Shown: in pieces, positions 42,841-54,107 of the stretch
Position numbering within the stretch: position 1 is the first letter of the stretch
How the letters are laid out: each line of letters starts with the position of its first letter
DNA from: an uncultured bacterium
GTDB lineage: Bacteria > Spirochaetota > UBA4802 > UB4802
Assembly: GCA_937920495.1 (NCBI GenBank)
Contig: CALEUQ010000005.1
Coordinates: 12,682-76,681, forward strand
DNA length: 64,000 bases
Direction: 5' to 3'
The notes under the pieces: generated by a model
Database searches by the model: none
Told to the model about the DNA's origin: nothing
The model's input: the letters and a program-made list of their open reading frames with translations, nothing else
Program-made: the position numbers and the translations under genes

Positions 42841-42863
42841 GATAAATCCTCTATTGAACAAGT

Positions 42864-42887
42864 GACCATAGTTATATGATTATGGTC
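42864..42887. promoter_or_regulatory. Candidate TA operator palindrome
   Basis: GACCATA-N10-TATGGTC directly upstream of the antitoxin remnant. Confidence 0.5.
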
Positions 42888-42895
42888 TTATACAC

Positions 42896-42982
42896 GTGCC
42901 GTACAGGGATGTACGGCGCATCTATGTTGCGGGTGTTACGATAATAGGCAGGAGGCCGTCGGAACGCCCGCCGTGGAAGGAT
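42896..42982 (+). other. GC-rich structured element with GGA-loop hairpins
   Basis: GTGCCGTACA-GGGA-TGTACGGCGC; GCGGGTGTT/AACGCCCGC enclosing GGC-AGGAG-GCC. Confidence 0.55.
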
Positions 42983-43030
42983 AAATTTTTAAATATCTGA
43001 TAACGTTGCGTTGTTGTAACAACACTGTTA

Positions 43031-43253
43031 CCCTTTCCGGGAATTTTTGTTTTCATGAATACATATAGTGGGCTATAACAGCGACACGTGCACTGCGGGT
43101 TTTTTATTGAAACAGTCTTTTTATGCAATACTATTATTGCCAGTAAAGTTTTTATGCATAAGGTATTAACGCAAATATGAAATACTTTTTTGATGGATAA
43201 TCTTATTTCCCAAAAATTTGTAAAGAGCGATTTTATTTAAGGAATAAATCGTG
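43031..43253. repeat. Mosaic of repeat family B ends and the family A tail
   Basis: ATAATCTTATTTCCCAAAA at 43197 (as at 20018 and 63433) followed by ATTTTATTTAAGGAATAAATCGTG at 43230-43253. Confidence 0.7.
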
Positions 43254-43341
43254 ATAATTATTTGTAAGAATTAATAATATAGTAGAACGCTTTAGAAGTA
43301 GCAAAAAGTGATAGTAACTTGTATAGGTTTATAAATATACG

Positions 43342-44055
43342 TTAAATACTGATAGTATTTACAATAAGCATTGACCTGTCTTCCTGATGGGGTTCAACAC
43401 GATACAGTATACCTTCAGGTGAGGCAATGAGACTGCGAGCCTGTAGAAAATTTTTGTAATCAGATTTCACACCGCATACTTTAACCAGTATTGCATTAGC
43501 AAGTTGAGCACCACGAACAAAAATATCATTATCGCGTTTAAATTTTTCTTCCACAGTTTCATTGCGCATAAGCGAAAATGTAGGTATGAAGATAATCTGA
43601 GCACCTAATTCTTTAAGTGCTATAAAATTATCGTCTTTAAACACATCAGCACAAATCAAGACGCTGAAACGAACACCATACGCGTTAAAAATAACGTGGG
43701 TATTTCCGGGTGTTATCTTGCCTTCTTCAGCAAAAAACAGGTTTTGTTTGCGGTAAAATCCTAACATATTCCCACTGTGAAAAACAAAAGTAGTATTGTG
43801 CAATACATTGCCATTAAGTTCGGGCATGGTGCCGCCTATAACAACAGCATCAAGTTCTTTTGACAGTATCTGCATTCGTTTAAGCTGTAATGCCTGGTTA
43901 TGTTGTGTTTGCGTGTGATTGCCAAGCTTTTTATTTACAAAGAAATATTCCGGAAAGCATATAAAGTGCGGTTTAATATTCTTAAGTTTTTTAACTGTTT
44001 CATGAGTTAAATGCGTTCCCAGAGGGTACTGATACATTACTATAGTATAATCCAT
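43342..44055 (-). CDS. Carbon-nitrogen hydrolase (nitrilase superfamily)
   Basis: Catalytic triad context FPEY, YRK, ICAD. Confidence 0.88.
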   Translation of the reverse strand: MDYTIVMYQYPLGTHLTHETVKKLKNIKPHFICFPEYFFVNKKLGNHTQTQHNQALQLKRMQILSKELDAVVIGGTMPELNGNVLHNTTFVFHSGNMLGFYRKQNLFFAEEGKITPGNTHVIFNAYGVRFSVLICADVFKDDNFIALKELGAQIIFIPTFSLMRNETVEEKFKRDNDIFVRGAQLANAILVKVCGVKSDYKNFLQARSLIASPEGILYRVEPHQEDRSMLIVNTISI

Positions 44056-44204
44056 AAATAAGGCCTTTTTTGAATTGTTGACACTTGCATATATCAGGTG
44101 TTTTAACAGTAACTATCGCACAAATAGTATATCATTATTTTTTTATTTTAAAAAATTATGCCCTGGCTATGGCAAAAATCTTTCAAATTATAATGATTAA
44201 AATC

Positions 44205-44233
44205 TTGACTTGCGATATATTCCACTATACAAT
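44205..44233 (+). promoter_or_regulatory. Sigma70-like promoter of glgP
   Basis: TTGACT-17 nt-TACAAT. Confidence 0.65.
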
Positions 44234-44263
44234 TAGAAAAAAATATCCAGAATGCGAGGGACT

Positions 44264-46816
44264 ATGAGCACGATACAAACTTTCAGAGTGTATCCATATT
44301 TGCCGGATAACCTTAAACCTTTGAAAACAATTGCCTATAATATGTGGTGGGTATGGAACTTTGAAGCAATTGAACTATTCCGCCGCCTTAATGTTGAATT
44401 GTGGCGCGAGTCTAATCATAATCCTGTTGCTTTACTTGGCATGCTGTCACAGGCCGAACTGGATGAAGCAGCAGATTCTGAAAGTTTTATGGCTCACTTG
44501 AAACGTGTTTCAGAAGAACTGGAGTGGCACCTTACCAAGAAATCCTGGTTTGAAGAATCATATCCAACTTATAAAGATATGCAGATTGCATATTTCAGTG
44601 CAGAGTTTGGCATTCATGAATGTCTGCCAATTTATTCCGGAGGTCTTGGAGTATTGGCGGGAGATCACATAAAGTCGGCCAGTGAACTTGGGTTGCCGTT
44701 TTTTGCCGTTGGACTTTTGTACCGGTTGGGTTATTTTCATCAGTATTTAAATATTGATGGCTGGCAGCAAGAGCGATATCCTGAAACCGATTTTCACAAC
44801 CTTCCTTTGCAACTGGTGATGAAAGATGATAAACCATTGATCATTGATGTTGAATTTCCGGGAAGAGCTGTGTATGCACAGGTGTGGGAATGTAGTATTG
44901 GGCGTATACGGTTGTATCTGCTTGATACCAATATTTCTGAAAATAGCATCGAGGACCGCACAATTACTGATCAGCTCTATGGTGGTGATGTGGAAATGCG
45001 AATAAAACAGGAGATGCTTCTGGGTATAGGTGGCTACCGGATGCTTAAAGCGCTGGGTAAGAATATATCCGTATACCATATGAATGAAGGTCATTCAGCT
45101 TTTCTTAGTATAGAACGTATCTATGATGCAATGGTTACCTATAAAATGAATTTTAATGAAGCGCTGGAGTTTGTTACTGCAAGCACTGTGTTTACCACTC
45201 ATACGCCGGTACCTGCAGGCAATGACAGGTTTTCGCCTGAATTGATTGATAAATATTTGTCGCACTATTATCAAAAGTTGGGGATATCGCGTGAAGATTT
45301 TTTGGGTTTAGGAAGGGAAAATCCGCTGGATAAGCTGGAAACATTTTGTATGACAGTGCTGGCTATTAAGACCGCTGCATACTGTAATGGAGTATCAAAA
45401 TTGCATGGATCGGTTTCAAGGAAAATGTGGAGTAATATCTGGCCGGGGTTGCCTGTTAACGAAGTGCCTATTCATCACGTAACAAACGGCGTGCAGATAT
45501 TATCCTGGACATCGGATGAGATGATGCGCTTACTCAACCGTTATCTTGGACCACGATGGATTGACAATCCTGTTGATAAGACTATATGGAAGAATATTGA
45601 TACTATTCCAGATTCTGAGTTATGGCGCTGCCGCGAACGATTACGGGAAAGGGTTGTTGCATTTGCACGAAAGAAATTACGGGAACAACTTATTGCACGC
45701 GGCGCTCCGCGTTCTGAAGTTGAAAAAGCTGATTCAGTGCTTGATTCTGAAGCATTAACTATAGGTTTTGCACGTCGTTTTGCAACCTACAAGCGTGCAA
45801 CATTATTACTGAAAGACATGCAGCGCCTGGAGCGTATACTTCTTGATAAGGAAAGGCCTGTACAGATCATCTTTGCAGGGAAGGCTCATCCACGCGATAA
45901 TATGGGCAAAGAATTAATTAAAAAGATTATCCATTTAGGCAGGGATGACCGTTTTAGAAGTAAGATAGTGTTTCTGGAAGATTACGACATCAATATTGCG
46001 CGCTATCTGGTGCAGGGGGTAGATGTGTGGCTTAATACTCCTATACGTCCACAGGAGGCATCGGGTACAAGTGGGATGAAGGTTGTCCCTAATGGTGCGC
46101 TTAATATTAGTGTCCTTGATGGATGGTGGCCTGAAGCTTTCAATGGGAATAATGGATGGGCCATAGGCAAGGGTGAGGAATACCAGGATCCTGAATATCA
46201 GGATGAGGTTGAAAGTTTGTCACTCTACAATATCCTGGAACAGGAAGTCATTCCGCAATTTTACACACGAGGTGCTGATGGGATACCACGCGAGTGGGTT
46301 AAAAGAATTAAAGAATCCATGAAGACAATTTTGCCGCAATTCAATACCAACAGGATGGTGAAGGAATACACTGAAATGTATTATCTTGCTGCTTACGATA
46401 GTTACGTAAAATTCAGTCAAGATAATTTCAAGGCATCTAGAGAACTTGCAAAGTGGAAACATCAGATACGGCAGAAATGGCAAAAGGTTGCCGTGGAGTC
46501 CATTACCCATGAAAGCAAAAAGGAAATAATAGTTGGCTCGCAACTGAAAGCAAAAGCTGTTGTGAACCTTGGGGAACTTAAACCGGCTGATGTACAGGTT
46601 GAATTATATTTTGGCAATCTTAACCAGAAAGGTGAGATTGAAGATGGTGCTGCGTTACCCATGCTGATGGTAGAGGATCTGGGAAATGGCAGATATACCT
46701 ACGAAGGACGCATGCTCTGCCTTAAATCAGGTCAGTTTGGGTTCACGGTGCGAGTTATTCCGCTACACCCAGATATGCCGCGTAAATATGAATCACGGTT
46801 GATTACCTGGGCATAA
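44264..46816 (+). CDS. glgP: Alpha-glucan (glycogen) phosphorylase
   Basis: YSGGLGVLAGD, NEGH, ARRFATYKR, EASGTSGMK PLP motif. Confidence 0.97.
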   Translation: MSTIQTFRVYPYLPDNLKPLKTIAYNMWWVWNFEAIELFRRLNVELWRESNHNPVALLGMLSQAELDEAADSESFMAHLKRVSEELEWHLTKKSWFEESYPTYKDMQIAYFSAEFGIHECLPIYSGGLGVLAGDHIKSASELGLPFFAVGLLYRLGYFHQYLNIDGWQQERYPETDFHNLPLQLVMKDDKPLIIDVEFPGRAVYAQVWECSIGRIRLYLLDTNISENSIEDRTITDQLYGGDVEMRIKQEMLLGIGGYRMLKALGKNISVYHMNEGHSAFLSIERIYDAMVTYKMNFNEALEFVTASTVFTTHTPVPAGNDRFSPELIDKYLSHYYQKLGISREDFLGLGRENPLDKLETFCMTVLAIKTAAYCNGVSKLHGSVSRKMWSNIWPGLPVNEVPIHHVTNGVQILSWTSDEMMRLLNRYLGPRWIDNPVDKTIWKNIDTIPDSELWRCRERLRERVVAFARKKLREQLIARGAPRSEVEKADSVLDSEALTIGFARRFATYKRATLLLKDMQRLERILLDKERPVQIIFAGKAHPRDNMGKELIKKIIHLGRDDRFRSKIVFLEDYDINIARYLVQGVDVWLNTPIRPQEASGTSGMKVVPNGALNISVLDGWWPEAFNGNNGWAIGKGEEYQDPEYQDEVESLSLYNILEQEVIPQFYTRGADGIPREWVKRIKESMKTILPQFNTNRMVKEYTEMYYLAAYDSYVKFSQDNFKASRELAKWKHQIRQKWQKVAVESITHESKKEIIVGSQLKAKAVVNLGELKPADVQVELYFGNLNQKGEIEDGAALPMLMVEDLGNGRYTYEGRMLCLKSGQFGFTVRVIPLHPDMPRKYESRLITWA

Positions 46817-46863
46817 TATCACATAATCGTGTTGGAAGTGGTAAGATTATGTAATCGTGTAAT

Positions 46864-48660
46864 TTAATCTATCTTTAAAATTGTAAGGAATGCTTCCTGT
46901 GGTATTTCCACAGATCCAATCTGCTTCAGGCGCTTTTTCCCTTCTTTCTGCTTTTCAAGTAGTTTACGCTTACGGGTGATATCTCCGCCGTAGCACTTTG
47001 CCGTGACATTTTTCCTGAGTGGTGAAATATTTTCACGGGCAATGATGCGAGAGCCTATCGCCGCCTGAATTGGAATTCTAAATTGCTGTCGAGGTATAAT
47101 TTCTTTGAGTTTTTCAATAATGTCACGCCCACGTTTGTATGCTTTATCTTTATGAACCATAAATGACAGCGCATCAACTGGCTCTTCGTTAACCAGAATA
47201 TCTACTTTAACAATATCAGAAGCTCTATAATCAGTAAGTTCATAATCAAATGATGCATATCCACGGGTACAAGATTTAAGCTTATCATAGAAGTTAAACA
47301 TTATTTCAGCTAATGGTATTTCGTAGGTCAACTGTACACGCGTTTGATCAATATACTCCATTCTTTTGTGGATTCCACGGCATTCGCTGACCAATGCCAT
47401 TATGTTCCCAATGTATTCTGATGGGGTGATAATAGTTGCATCCACAAACGGTTCTTCAATGCGTTCAATTTGAGAAGGGTCAGGCATTTTTACAGGGTTA
47501 TCTATCATCACAGTTTTACCATCTGTCAACACTACTCTGTATTCAACCGTTGGTGCCGTAGTAACAAGCGCCAGCCCAAATTCTCGCTCCAAGCGTTCCT
47601 GCACAATTTCCATATGCAAAAGACCTAAATAGCCACACCTGAATCCAAAACCCAATGCATACGAATTATCCGGTTCAAAAAATAGTGCCGCATCATTTAA
47701 TTTTAATTTGTATAGTGCTTCTTTTAAATCATCATAATCGTCACTTACTGATGGATAAAGGCCTGAGAATACCATTGGCTTTGCTTCTCTAAATCCAACA
47801 ATTGGCCGGGTCACTGGATTCTGTGCAGATGTTATGGTGTCTCCGGTGCGTGTGTCAGTAAGCTGCTTTATTCCAGCAGTAATATAACCAACCTGGCCAG
47901 CAGTAAGCTGTGGGCGCTTTTCTCTTTTTAGTCTGAAATGGCCAACTTCGGTTACTTCATATTGTTTATGGTTTGAGAAAAGCATTATGACATCATCTTC
48001 TTTCACTGTTCCGTCAAAAATTCTTACTTTTGTAACAACGCCAACATACTGATCAAAATATGAGTCGAATATTAAAGCTTTTAATGGTGCATCAGGGTTA
48101 CCCTGTGGTGCAGGTATGCGTTCTACTATTGCTTCTAATAATTCATCTATGCCTATACCTTCCCGTGCTGATACGCAGATGGCAGTTTCGGGATCAAGTC
48201 CCAAGCTTTTTTTAATGCTTTCTTTTGTACGGGTTATATCGGCATTGGGCATGTCTATTTTATTTATTACTGGCACTATAGTTAGATCGTTTTCTAAAGC
48301 TAAATACATATTGGCAATTGTTTGTGCTTCTACACCCTGAGTTGCGTCAACAAGTAGCAAAACTCCTTCACACGCTGCTAATGCACGTGAAACTTCATAG
48401 GTAAAATCCACATGCCCGGGTGTATCAATTAGATTGAATGTATATGTATTTCCATCTTTTGAGTGATAGCTAAGTGTAATAACATTTGCCTTTATGGTTA
48501 TGCCGCGCTCACGTTCAATGTCCATATCATCAAGAAGCTGATCAACGTGATTGCGCGGATCAATGGCATTACACCTCTCAATAATGCGATCGGCAAGAGT
48601 TGACTTGCCATGGTCAATATGTGCAATAATAGAAAAATTTCGTATCAGCGACTGTTTCAT
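46864..48660 (-). CDS. lepA: Elongation factor 4
   Basis: [41 protein letters not shown]. Confidence 0.98.
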   Translation of the reverse strand: MKQSLIRNFSIIAHIDHGKSTLADRIIERCNAIDPRNHVDQLLDDMDIERERGITIKANVITLSYHSKDGNTYTFNLIDTPGHVDFTYEVSRALAACEGVLLLVDATQGVEAQTIANMYLALENDLTIVPVINKIDMPNADITRTKESIKKSLGLDPETAICVSAREGIGIDELLEAIVERIPAPQGNPDAPLKALIFDSYFDQYVGVVTKVRIFDGTVKEDDVIMLFSNHKQYEVTEVGHFRLKREKRPQLTAGQVGYITAGIKQLTDTRTGDTITSAQNPVTRPIVGFREAKPMVFSGLYPSVSDDYDDLKEALYKLKLNDAALFFEPDNSYALGFGFRCGYLGLLHMEIVQERLEREFGLALVTTAPTVEYRVVLTDGKTVMIDNPVKMPDPSQIERIEEPFVDATIITPSEYIGNIMALVSECRGIHKRMEYIDQTRVQLTYEIPLAEIMFNFYDKLKSCTRGYASFDYELTDYRASDIVKVDILVNEEPVDALSFMVHKDKAYKRGRDIIEKLKEIIPRQQFRIPIQAAIGSRIIARENISPLRKNVTAKCYGGDITRKRKLLEKQKEGKKRLKQIGSVEIPQEAFLTILKID

Positions 48661-48865
48661 AGGATAGTTGCCTTTTTCAGGTAACGTTATGTATACTACA
48701 AAATGTATGAATACTATTATAGCGTGCTTTTAATGAAAAAATGCGGTTTTATAATAAAAAATTCTTGTTTAATGACTATGAGCTTGTTATTGATAAATAA
48801 AGCAAGTTATTTTTTTCTGGTTATGTTTAACAAAAAAATTTGTTGTAGAGAAGAGTAATACGATT

Positions 48866-49321
48866 ATGAAGATTTTAGTAATTTCAGATACTCATGGAAA
48901 TATTCACAAACTAAAGAATATCATAGAAGCTGAAGAATCGTTTGATTGTCTCATCCACTGTGGTGATGGCATAAATGATTTGATTCACGTGGTTATTCCA
49001 AAAGGTGTACTGCTGATTACAGTGTGTGGGAATATTGATAGGGCACGGGGTATTAATGGGCAGACAGCTATTGTTGAAAATATCAATGGCTATAAATTTT
49101 TTATCACACATGGCGATATGTTTGGCGCTCATCAGGATATTACAGGAGTATGGTCTGAAGCAAAACGGCTGGGTTGCGATATTGCATGTTTTGGTCATAC
49201 TCATCGACCAATGAATGATGATGCAGGCCCATACATGTTTAATCCGGGAGCAGCGCAAAGTGGCATGTATGGTGTAATTAACATAAATAATGGAATAAAA
49301 GGGGAATTGAAAAGAGTGTAA
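48866..49321 (+). CDS. YfcE/YsnB-like metallophosphoesterase
   Basis: SDTH, HCGD, GNID, THG, GHTH, NPG. Confidence 0.92.
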   Translation: MKILVISDTHGNIHKLKNIIEAEESFDCLIHCGDGINDLIHVVIPKGVLLITVCGNIDRARGINGQTAIVENINGYKFFITHGDMFGAHQDITGVWSEAKRLGCDIACFGHTHRPMNDDAGPYMFNPGAAQSGMYGVININNGIKGELKRV

Positions 49322-49374
49322 ATTAGATATATATTTGCCGTCTAAGGCAGTTGATGCGCACCCGGTTGTAATTT

Positions 49375-52300
49375 TTACAGTAATGTATTTTTTATTTCAA
49401 GGAATTTACTGTGATTTTTTATAAATGCACTAACAATAACCGGATCAAAATATATACCAGATTTATCAGTTATAATTTTAACAGCCTTTTCATGTGGATA
49501 CGCCTGCTTGTAAGGACGTTGCGAAACAAGAGCATCATATACATCTGCAATAGCTACTATACGTGCCGATAACGGGATTTCACGCCCTTTTAATCCTTTT
49601 GGATATCCGGAGCCGTTCCATCGTTCATGGTGATAATATGCAATTTCCTTGCCTAAATTAAGGTATGATCGGCCTGTAACTTTTTGCTCAGCTTCGGCTA
49701 TGGTTTCTGCTCCAATTATTGTATGCTGCTTCATAATTTCAAATTCATACTCAGTTAACTTTCCCGGCTTAAGTAAAATATGGTCAGGAATGCCAACTTT
49801 GCCAATGTCATGAAGCAAACAGGAGTTTACAAGATCTCGTATGTAATCATGTGTAATATAATTATTATATTCGGGGTGTTGTGATAACTCAAAAGCTAAT
49901 ATTTCAACATAACGCATAATTCGCTCTAAATGCATCCCTGTTTCTTTGTTTCTGTATTCAGCTAATTTTGCAAGCGAAACGATAGTTACTAATTGCGCCT
50001 GATGAAGTCGTTGATTGAGTTCATGTGATTCTGCTTCAAGACGTTTTTTCTCGCTTATATCAATAAAGAAATAAAGACGTGCAAATGGTATATCATGGTC
50101 ATCATGAAGAAGTGATGACATGCACAATGTTGTTAGTATATCGCCGGATTTTTTCAGCATTGCAATTTCAGTATACGGTTGATATATAATTGAATATGAT
50201 TCATGGTTTGCAGATGATTTGGGATAGTTATTTTCAAAATAAATTAATTTGTTAAGTGGAGTATTTAAAATTTCAAATGGTTGATAACCTAATATTGTTG
50301 AAGCACCTTTATTCCAGCTTGTTATTATACCACTCAGGTCGGTTGTGATAATACCTATCATTTCGTTCTGTAAAATCTTTTCCTGAAATTCGGTAAGGTT
50401 TTGTATATGGGCTTCCATTTGTTTTTTTCGCTCTATATCGCGTGCCACTATCTGAATGCCTGCGGTATTATCAAGAGGGACTACACTCATGGCAAGTTCA
50501 TACCAGCTATATTTGCCATTACGGGTATATAATTGCATTTCAAAAGGCTGGGGATTGGTGCCACTTTTTAATGCATGTTCCATTATGGTGTGCAATATAT
50601 GTTTTTCGTTTTTGTCAATAAAATCAAAAATTGAAGGTTTGCGGGAATCAGGATAATCAAAGAGTTTGTAAAAGATGGAATTTCCATATACTATTTCTCC
50701 ATCAGCTGTACATAAAAGAATTATATCCTGAGTATTCTCTACCAGGTTGCGGTACTTAAGTTCTGATTTTACAAGTTCGTCCTGATTGCGCTTTCGACTG
50801 ATCTCAACTGCTGCTGCGTTAAGCAACAAGCCAATAAAGTCTTTATTCTCATTATTCGAAGACGGGTCAAGAGCTATCGCTATACTGCCTTCTATGCGTT
50901 GTTTGGAACCTATAGGATAGATTGTTATAATTTCATTCCGTAATTGTGATAGGAGCAAATTTTTTGTATTATTATCTATACCTGGAAATGTTTTTTCTAT
51001 TGCTTGCTGCAAACCAGACTTATCTTCAATTATAATTTCTTTTCCGGTTTTAATAACTTCAAAAAATGGTATATTAGAATAATTGTTCAAATCAAGTTTT
51101 ACATGTAAAATGTTATCATGTGCAACATCCTGCAATATTTTCAGAAAATCTTCAGGGAAGACATCTACAATCTGAAGGGTGTTAACATCATTGCAGAGTA
51201 GTGTCACAATACTAAATCTGGCGCCTAACGCGTGTAATGACTTGGTAATATAATGTATGCTTTCTTTTATTGTATGAGCTTGCTTTATATGATATAAAGT
51301 ATTTGCCACTAATTCTAACTTTTTTTGCTTTTCTTTCAATTCTTTGGTTTGCTTATCAACTTCTTCAGCAAGTGCTAAACTAAATTTTTCTATCTTCTGC
51401 TCGGCAACAATTCTGGTTGTGATATCTTCAAGGATATTAACTACCAAAGAAACCATGCCTGAAGGTGCATGTATGGGTGAAGCGGTATACTTAAAATAAC
51501 GTGAATCATCAGAATAAAGATTTTTCTGTTCGCGTATAATAGCAGATCCCTGAGCCATTACTCTGCTGGCTAAACAATCATGGCAGGGTTCATCTTTATG
51601 AGCTAAAATTTCGTAGCATTTTTTGTTCACAGGATGTTCTATAGAAAACCATTCTTTGAAAGTATCATTAGTTTCAATTATACTATAATCTTTATTGATA
51701 ACAAACATTGCCATTGGTATGGCATTAATAAGCGATGAATATTTTGATTCAGAGATGATAATTTTATTTTGGTACCGGTACTGCCTGAGTCCGTTAGCAA
51801 TTAACCGTGCAATAAGTTCTAACGTAGCAAATTCATTTTCATCTAGTATTGTGTGATGTTTAGGATATACAATATCAAATGAACCTATGATTTCTTTCTC
51901 AGCGATAAGTGGGAATGATACAACGCCACCAAAATCAGGAGATTGAAGAATTTGTTTTTGCAAGTCAATTGTAAGTAGCCGGGATAAATCTTTACTGGCC
52001 TGAGAGAAATCGCTTACAATTTTTTCTAAAGGGTATATTGCTTTGTTGTAAGCTGTATTGGGAATATTTATGGTATCGGATAGTATAAGATATCCTCTCA
52101 AAATTGAGAATAGTATGCTTTTAGTAAATATTTTTCTGTTAGCAATAAGCTTTTTAATATTGATGGTATTAAACTCTATATTTAATGCATTATCATTTAA
52201 CTGAGGTAAAAAATTTTTTAAAATGTTTAGTTCCGGGAATATCAATAAGTGATCACTGCCGTCGATGTTCGATAGACATGAAATATTAAATACAGGTATT

Positions 52301-52434
52301 TTTAAATTAAAAATAAGGGATTTTACTTGATTTATATATTCGTAAATAGAGAAAGTTGTGTTATCTATATTTGCTATTTGAAGTAAATATTTTACAGGAT
52401 ACGTATCTTCAGCAAAATTGGTGGCGTTATTCAT
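49375..52434 (-). CDS. Multi-PAS/GAF sensor with C-terminal HD-GYP phosphodiesterase
   Basis: ETGMHLER, HDIGKVG, HHERWNGSGYP, RPYK; several PAS repeats. Confidence 0.9.
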   Translation of the reverse strand: MNNATNFAEDTYPVKYLLQIANIDNTTFSIYEYINQVKSLIFNLKIPVFNISCLSNIDGSDHLLIFPELNILKNFLPQLNDNALNIEFNTINIKKLIANRKIFTKSILFSILRGYLILSDTINIPNTAYNKAIYPLEKIVSDFSQASKDLSRLLTIDLQKQILQSPDFGGVVSFPLIAEKEIIGSFDIVYPKHHTILDENEFATLELIARLIANGLRQYRYQNKIIISESKYSSLINAIPMAMFVINKDYSIIETNDTFKEWFSIEHPVNKKCYEILAHKDEPCHDCLASRVMAQGSAIIREQKNLYSDDSRYFKYTASPIHAPSGMVSLVVNILEDITTRIVAEQKIEKFSLALAEEVDKQTKELKEKQKKLELVANTLYHIKQAHTIKESIHYITKSLHALGARFSIVTLLCNDVNTLQIVDVFPEDFLKILQDVAHDNILHVKLDLNNYSNIPFFEVIKTGKEIIIEDKSGLQQAIEKTFPGIDNNTKNLLLSQLRNEIITIYPIGSKQRIEGSIAIALDPSSNNENKDFIGLLLNAAAVEISRKRNQDELVKSELKYRNLVENTQDIILLCTADGEIVYGNSIFYKLFDYPDSRKPSIFDFIDKNEKHILHTIMEHALKSGTNPQPFEMQLYTRNGKYSWYELAMSVVPLDNTAGIQIVARDIERKKQMEAHIQNLTEFQEKILQNEMIGIITTDLSGIITSWNKGASTILGYQPFEILNTPLNKLIYFENNYPKSSANHESYSIIYQPYTEIAMLKKSGDILTTLCMSSLLHDDHDIPFARLYFFIDISEKKRLEAESHELNQRLHQAQLVTIVSLAKLAEYRNKETGMHLERIMRYVEILAFELSQHPEYNNYITHDYIRDLVNSCLLHDIGKVGIPDHILLKPGKLTEYEFEIMKQHTIIGAETIAEAEQKVTGRSYLNLGKEIAYYHHERWNGSGYPKGLKGREIPLSARIVAIADVYDALVSQRPYKQAYPHEKAVKIITDKSGIYFDPVIVSAFIKNHSKFLEIKNTLL

Positions 52435-52700
52435 TAAATTAACCCTTTTGCAAGGATTATGCAAAAAACTCAACAACACCACAATACAATCGAGAGCGTA
52501 AAAAATCAACAAAAATATTCAGTCCAGCAGGTTTTTTTTAGGATAAATGCCTATTTACTAACGCATCTACATATTGTTGCGTGAGATATAAATTTTGAAT
52601 TTGTATTTTTTTGGTATTGATTATTCTTAAAGATTATTTTATTAAGAATTAAATGTACAAATGCTGTACGCTTTAGCAACTGTTGTGTAGAGTGAACTGT

Positions 52701-52900
52701 AATTTTTTGGCTAATTAAGTAATTTTGGGAAAGCGGTGTCATTCTGAACTTGATTCAGAATCTCTCTACTCATGTCATTGCGAACTTGATTCGGAATCTT
52801 TAGTTCCTGAATCGAGCCTGTCCCGATGCCAATCGGGAACCTGTGAAATACATTATTTTATGCATAATTTTTATCCCAAAAATACAGAATGAGTGATTTT
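52701..52900. repeat. Family B ends enclosing family C palindromes
   Basis: AATTTTGGGAAA left end; GTCATTCTGAACTTGATTCAGAATCT (52738), GTCATTGCGAACTTGATTCGGAATCT (52774), GTCCCGATGCCAATCGGGA (52820); right end ATAATTTTTATCCCAAAA. Confidence 0.8.
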
Positions 52901-52970
52901 GTTCTTTACGCAGTAATAAGGGGAAATATCATTAATAAAAATATATAGTATAACAATTACAGGAGCATGT

Positions 52971-54104
52971 ATGACAGCATTAATACACATTTCCGACACA
53001 CATTTAGGCTTTAATGATTATGACAAAATTAATGATGAAGGTATTAATCAGCGTGAAGTTGATGTATATAACGCATTTGCAAAAGCTGTTGATGGTATTG
53101 TAGAGGCTAAACCTGATTTTGTTATCCACACCGGGGATTTGTTTCACCGTTCTTCGCCTTCCAATCGCGCACTCATTCAGGGGTTGCAGCATATAAAAAG
53201 AATAACAAAAGCAGGAATTCCATTTATCGTTATAGCCGGAAATCACAGTACACCTAAAACCATATATACAAGCCCCATATTGCAGGCGTTACAGAGTATT
53301 GAAAATGTATATGCAGTGTATAATGGGCACTATGAATGCGTTTCCATTGATGGAATACATTTCCATTGCCTGCCACATATTGCAGATGATACTCAGTATA
53401 TAGAACAAATACAAAAAGTAGAGCCAAAAAGCGGGAATAATATATTATTGATGCACACATCGGTAGGTAAAGACTATCTGCTTGATGAATATGGTGAAAG
53501 GATTTTCCCGGCAGAGTACTTTTCACTTTTGCAAGAGTTTGATTACGTAGCACTGGGGCACTGGCATAATTTTCAGGTTCTGCCACAATGGGATAATGTG
53601 TGCTACAGTGGTTCCACGGAGCGCTTCAGCGATAGGGAAGCTTCTAAGCAAAAGGGTTTTGTTACAGTTACTATCGGTACTGAAACTAAAATACAATTTA
53701 CACCTATACCAATACGGGATTGGGTGCGGTTTGATATAAAGAAGTGCAGTGAGCGCTCAGTGGATGATATCAAAAAAGCAATTGCAGAGTTTACTTCAAA
53801 GACAAATGATGGAGCAATCGTGAGTATCTATCTTCATGATATTGAGCAGCATCAGAGTGTTGCAATTAGCAATATGTGGATTGCACAGCAGTTTCCGCAG
53901 GCACTTGTTGTATTGCCTAAAAGGATATTTAAGGTACAGCATAGCCATACTTCATCATCCATGAAATATGTTTCAATTGATGAATTGTTTACGGCGTATT
54001 GTAAAAACCAGATTAATGATGAAAAAGAAAGGAAGGCTGTGTTAACTTTGGGTACACAATATTTTTTAAAATACCGTCAACAATCAAGTGATGTAAAGGA
54101 ATAG
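52971..54104 (+). CDS. sbcD: SbcD/Mre11 nuclease
   Basis: SDTHLG, GDLF, GNH, ALGHWH, YSGSTE. Confidence 0.92.
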   Translation: MTALIHISDTHLGFNDYDKINDEGINQREVDVYNAFAKAVDGIVEAKPDFVIHTGDLFHRSSPSNRALIQGLQHIKRITKAGIPFIVIAGNHSTPKTIYTSPILQALQSIENVYAVYNGHYECVSIDGIHFHCLPHIADDTQYIEQIQKVEPKSGNNILLMHTSVGKDYLLDEYGERIFPAEYFSLLQEFDYVALGHWHNFQVLPQWDNVCYSGSTERFSDREASKQKGFVTVTIGTETKIQFTPIPIRDWVRFDIKKCSERSVDDIKKAIAEFTSKTNDGAIVSIYLHDIEQHQSVAISNMWIAQQFPQALVVLPKRIFKVQHSHTSSSMKYVSIDELFTAYCKNQINDEKERKAVLTLGTQYFLKYRQQSSDVKE

Positions 54105-54107
54105 CCT

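Noticed and set aside
42922-43128. 68-aa minus-strand ORF
   Set aside because: Runs through palindromic repeats, starts at TTG without an SD, and has no protein-like features.
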